A DNA stretch of 64,000 nucleotides, taken from NCBI GenBank assembly GCA_000708835.1, contig DF237125.1, forward strand, positions 96,564-160,563, written 5' to 3'. Below the pieces are notes generated by a model. The model did not search any database. It saw only the letters and a program-made list of their open reading frames with translations, and had not been told where the DNA came from. The translations under genes were made by a program, and so were the position numbers. Shown piece by piece: positions 60,501-64,000 of this stretch. The DNA comes from Klebsormidium nitens (lineage: Eukaryota > Plantae > Klebsormidiophyceae). How positions within the stretch are numbered: the stretch's first letter is position 1; every line of letters begins with the position of its first letter.

Positions 60501-62036
60501 TCTCAACCATCCGTGCTCGTGCTTTACTGGCCCCAGCGAGCTAGCAGACCACTGTTCTGAGCTGCTTTTTGTGGCGTTGCTGAGCTTCGAGTAGCTCGCC
60601 TCAACGGTTCTGTATCAGCTGCCTTCTGTCTACGATCTCTCCTGCGTCGAGGGAGCTTGCGATGCCCCCAGTGAGCCAGTTTGCGCCGCTGACGTGCGTC
60701 CCCCTACTCAGGTGGCTGCTCCACATACAGTGCGTCCAACTCGGTGGCGGTCAACTGCGGCGGCAACAGCTACCAGTCGACGTGCGGCGTGCAGTTTCTG
60801 GCGGACGAGACGGCGTGCGACCCGGGTGACGTCATCCCGGCCGGGTCGCCCTACTGCCGCACCAACATCAAGGGGCCCGAGTTCGGCTACTTCTACCCCA
60901 CCGACCGCACCGTCGCCGGCACCGCCGACTCCACCATCTTCCAGGTCAGCCGGGCGCACAGTACATCAATACGTGTTTGACAGCGCAGAGCAGCGGTTGA
61001 TTAAGCACGCGAGAAGTCTGCTTCGAGCGTCAGGAAGAGCGCTGCATTTTGGGGCCACATTCAGCAGTGGATATTGCGATTGTTGCCCCTTTGAGATATG
61101 GAAAACGCTGTAACCTGCCAGACGCTTCCCTCCGTTGTGAGCTGTCAGTACTTTTACCCGGGGTCGGCACCCAGTCTATTCCGAGTCCCCAGCTGCGCAA
61201 TTGATCCTCCTGTGTAAATATCGGACGGCAGGATGCGCTCGATTCCGCTTACACTGTGTTCAAACATCTGAAGCATTTGCATGGTCTTAGTCGCCGCTCT
61301 CTTTCAAGGCGAAATCACCTCCTGTTAATTTCATTTGCCGCCGCTCGCTTTTTCACCCGCTCATCACGGTGCCCCCACTCCGGTGCGTGTTGTGCAGAGC
61401 GAGCGCATCGGTTTCAACACGTACAAGTTCCGCGTGGACAACGGGGTGTACTCGGTGGCGGTGTACCTCGCGGAGATCTCGAGCGACGACCCGTCCATCA
61501 ACGTCAACGCGGAGGGCCTGCGCCGCTTCACGCTCATCTTCAACGACGAACCCAACTCGCCGCTCCAGAACCTGGACCCCTTCAAAGTGAGCCCGCGCCG
61601 CCAGGCTGGCATCAATGAGCAACTCCCACCAGGAGCATCCCCCCGCGCCAGTCATTGGGCGATGACCTCAGCTGAATAAGATTTGCATCTGGTCATGTCA
61701 TTTGTGCCTCGAAGCAGCGCGCAAGTGCGGATGCTTCTTCCTCAGCGTGTTGAGAGGTTGTCAATCTGCCATCTGCCCCTCCGAATGTCAATGAGAGGTC
61801 TTTGTCGCCACAACGTCATGTTTAGATTTGTTAATGGCGATCGGCACTTCGGCGACGTTCTAACTCTGTGCACTGTCTTATGCTTGCAGCTGGCTGGGGA
61901 TCGAAAGTTCGTAGCATGCCCTGTGCAAACGGCGCAAATCACTGTAACCAGCGGAGTACTGAAGATGCAACTCTTCCCCACCGGAATACGAGATGCACCA
62001 GCTATCAAGGGTGTTTGGGTCCACAAGATCGGGTAG
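54503..62036 (+). CDS. Secreted protein with four malectin (CBM57-like) domains and a Pro/Thr/Ala/Ser stalk
   Basis: Exons 54503 (alternative ATGs 54449, 54467, 54521)-54916, 56106-56472, 57405-58144, 58537-58801, 59432-59521, 60113-60244, 60712-60944, 61398-61586 and 61890-62036, phase-consistent. Short hydrophobic leader MSLACLCLCTSLSNA. Domain starts YVAINSGG, FAINAGG, LAIDIGS and VAVNCGG, each followed by a Y.V.L.FAE/D...R.F.V-type core. No transmembrane or kinase segment before the stop. Confidence 0.85.
58701..58800 (+). repeat. Coding (Thr-Pro)n repeat, about 16 units, including an exact 18-bp duplication ACTCCGACACCGACGCCC
   Basis: Translation TPTPTP... in exon 58537-58801. Confidence 0.92.
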
Positions 62037-62639
62037 TACTACCGGGGTGTTTGAGGTCTTGTACCATTTGAGCTTTGAGTCTAATTTATTCAGTGACTAA
62101 ATGATGGGCGTATGAAGAAGTGAGCTTTTGACCAGTTGCAAACGAAGTTGATTGAGTATATTTCAGTAATCTTATGAGGGAGTTCGTAATGAGACGGCTT
62201 CCGTCACTGTAGCAATGTTTCGTTGAGTTAGCTAGCCTGAGATCCGGTGTGTGTGCTTTAGTAGTGCGCTTGTGTGTCCCTACTTTGATGGGAGTAAGTT
62301 AGACGACAGCTTTCCATATAGAAGAAGCCTGTGCAGCGTTTGCTTGTGAGAAACTCTTAAATAACTGCCTGCCCTCAATGTCGCATGTCAAGATACAAAC
62401 ACACACCGTTTGTAACGCAGATTTTGCATCGTAATGCAGATTACGCAAGAGTCAATGTAACTTGGCCTGAAAACACTGTGATTGGACAGCTTGAGTAAGC
62501 TGGTAGGTGTCGAATCAATCACTGACTGAATCGACTTGCATGCATAACATCATTTTTGATATGGTAACTTGGTTAGAGTGACAAATTATATGCCGTACGT
62601 AATGGAGGGTTTTAGGTTCCTAAATCCAAAAGCCTTGCA

Positions 62640-63890
62640 TCCGATCATCTTAGTACCCGGCTCGATCTAGGCTAGCCAGGCTAGAACCGTCAGCCTACTA
62701 AGGTAGGAACATGAAGCTAGCCTGGGGTTCAACGGTTCATTGTTCATGCAATTGAACCCATATACCGAGAGAGCGCTGGGATCTTGCCAGGCTGGGCAAC
62801 TATGTAATTATATACGATTGCAAACAAGAAGCGCTTGAAATAGCCGTACCGCGTGTAACTTAATATATCGGGGCTCGGTATAGTGTATGTGCAAACCTTG
62901 ACAGGTCATGCCAGCGCATGCATGTCAATAAAGGAGGCATGCATCAATTATAGTAAGCTAAACCGTCGATCTTATAAGGCGGCCTACTAACTTCGTTAAG
63001 TTAGCTTGAAGCTATGATCGTAGAGGCGCCGGGCCCAAATGTTATGCAATATCTCTGCGAATTAATTCGATCCATGCACCTCGAGGTCATGGAATGAAAT
63101 TTGATCATATATCGATCACTAGTGAAAACATGAGTTTAGGGCACGTTTTAAGCAATCACTGGAGTGTGTCTTTTGCCAATCTTACGCATCATGTTGAGTT
63201 TGCAATGCTCGATCCGCGGCGCGATTTGACGCTCGGTGCGCACTTTTCCGACCACAGTTTTTGCATGCGACTTCATCGCAATGAATGAGTCACCGTGACT
63301 CATTCATTGCACCGAGGCCCCCGTGTCACTAACTAATTCAATGCCGCCTGGGAGGCACTGCAACATCAGCTGACGCGATCCGGTCTAGATCGCGGATCAA
63401 CCAGGCAGTTGCTGGAGAACTACTAGTAAATGAAGTGCGCGAAAATTGCATGAAACAATATATACGATCGGACGCATACTTATGAAGGTATACGAATGGA
63501 ACAAGTGAAGTACGTTCTAAAGGAAACGTACTTGCATGAATTAAACGATATTCAATCGAATATGGCACATATGATCGAACCCAAATTAAGCCCAATCGGG
63601 TATTTATTTTACCCGCGTTCAAATGGTCTACAATGAAATAAGGAATAGCCATTCGAGATCATAGTAGCCGCTATAGTGGGCTGAACCTAGAATGGCTCAG
63701 CATGCTATTGATCAGTCACGTATAGCCAGTGGGGCCTAAAATCCTTACTGTACATGTGGACGAAACTAAACCCTATCTGGGATGCATGTGGGCCACGGCC
63801 ATTTTAATCCCGTCATGAAATGGTAATGATGTTTGCGTATTACCAAAGAAAATCGTTATAAATGAAACTATGAGATATATGCGTGTAGAT
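62640..63890. other. Palindrome-dense subtelomeric non-coding island
   Basis: CGAATTAATTCG (63058-63069), CTAACTT-cgtt-AAGTTAG, TCACTAGTGA, the inverted pair CCAGGCTAG/CTAGCCTGG (62676-62725) and the 33-bp palindrome. Confidence 0.7.
63278..63310. repeat. 33-bp palindrome (16-bp arms, 1-nt spacer)
   Basis: GCAATGAATGAGTCAC-C-GTGACTCATTCATTGC; arms checked base by base. Confidence 0.95.
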
Positions 63891-63899
63891 ACTATGATA

Positions 63900-64000
63900 T
63901 AGGGTTTTAGGGTTTTAGGTTTTTAGGGTTTTAAAGGCTTTAGGGTTTTAGGGTTTTAGGGTTTTAGGGTTTTAGGGTTTTAGGGTTTTAGGGTTTTAGG
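63900..64000 (+). repeat. Telomeric repeat array (TTTTAGGG)n
   Basis: Six consecutive perfect units at 63946-63993 plus a partial one running to the window end. They are preceded by two perfect and three variant units (TTTTAGGT, TTTTAAAGG, CTTTAGGG). The G-rich strand points to the end, the correct polarity for a right chromosome end. Confidence 0.95.

Noticed and set aside
24068-62036. GH31 glucosidase plus malectin protein as a functional glucoside-processing cluster
   Set aside because: They are 23 kb apart with four unrelated housekeeping genes between them, and the GH31 is YihQ-like rather than ER glucosidase II.
1-64000. tRNA, rRNA, snRNA genes and U12-type introns
   Set aside because: No cloverleaf with a T-loop GTTCRA in context, no rRNA-like tract, and no GTATCCTT/ATATCCTT donor at any inferred junction; a covariance-model search was not possible.

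Overview
Eukaryotic, intron-rich (GT-AG) chromosome end from a green plant lineage. The streptophyte-like protein motifs and the TTTTAGGG telomere fit a Klebsormidium-type alga; this is an inference, not a database match. I could reconstruct nine protein-coding genes by hand: an intronless BTB/POZ gene (+), a START/polyketide-cyclase gene (-), symplekin (+, about 24 exons), a GH31 sulfoquinovosidase-like glycosidase (-), an organellar EF-P (+), CDC27/APC3 (-, 16 exons), a plant-type FAD synthetase (+), a five-KH-domain RNA-binding protein (-) and a secreted four-malectin protein with a Pro/Thr/Ala stalk (+). The telomere starts about 1.9 kb after the last stop codon. A decayed copy of the cyclase last exon lies at 962-1180. 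Structure not explained by the genes: (i) the loci alternate strand perfectly (-+-+-+-+-+); (ii) every convergent junction carries a 0.6-1.2 kb island dense in short palindromes and CpG, including a perfect 60-bp palindrome (4704-4763) and a 33-bp one (63278-63310); (iii) a CDC27 intron holds a duplicated exon end with its splice donor and a decayed array behind it. No rRNA, tRNA, CRISPR array or recognisable transposase was found. Exon boundaries were read by eye from splice signals, phase consistency and remembered family motifs; no searches were run.
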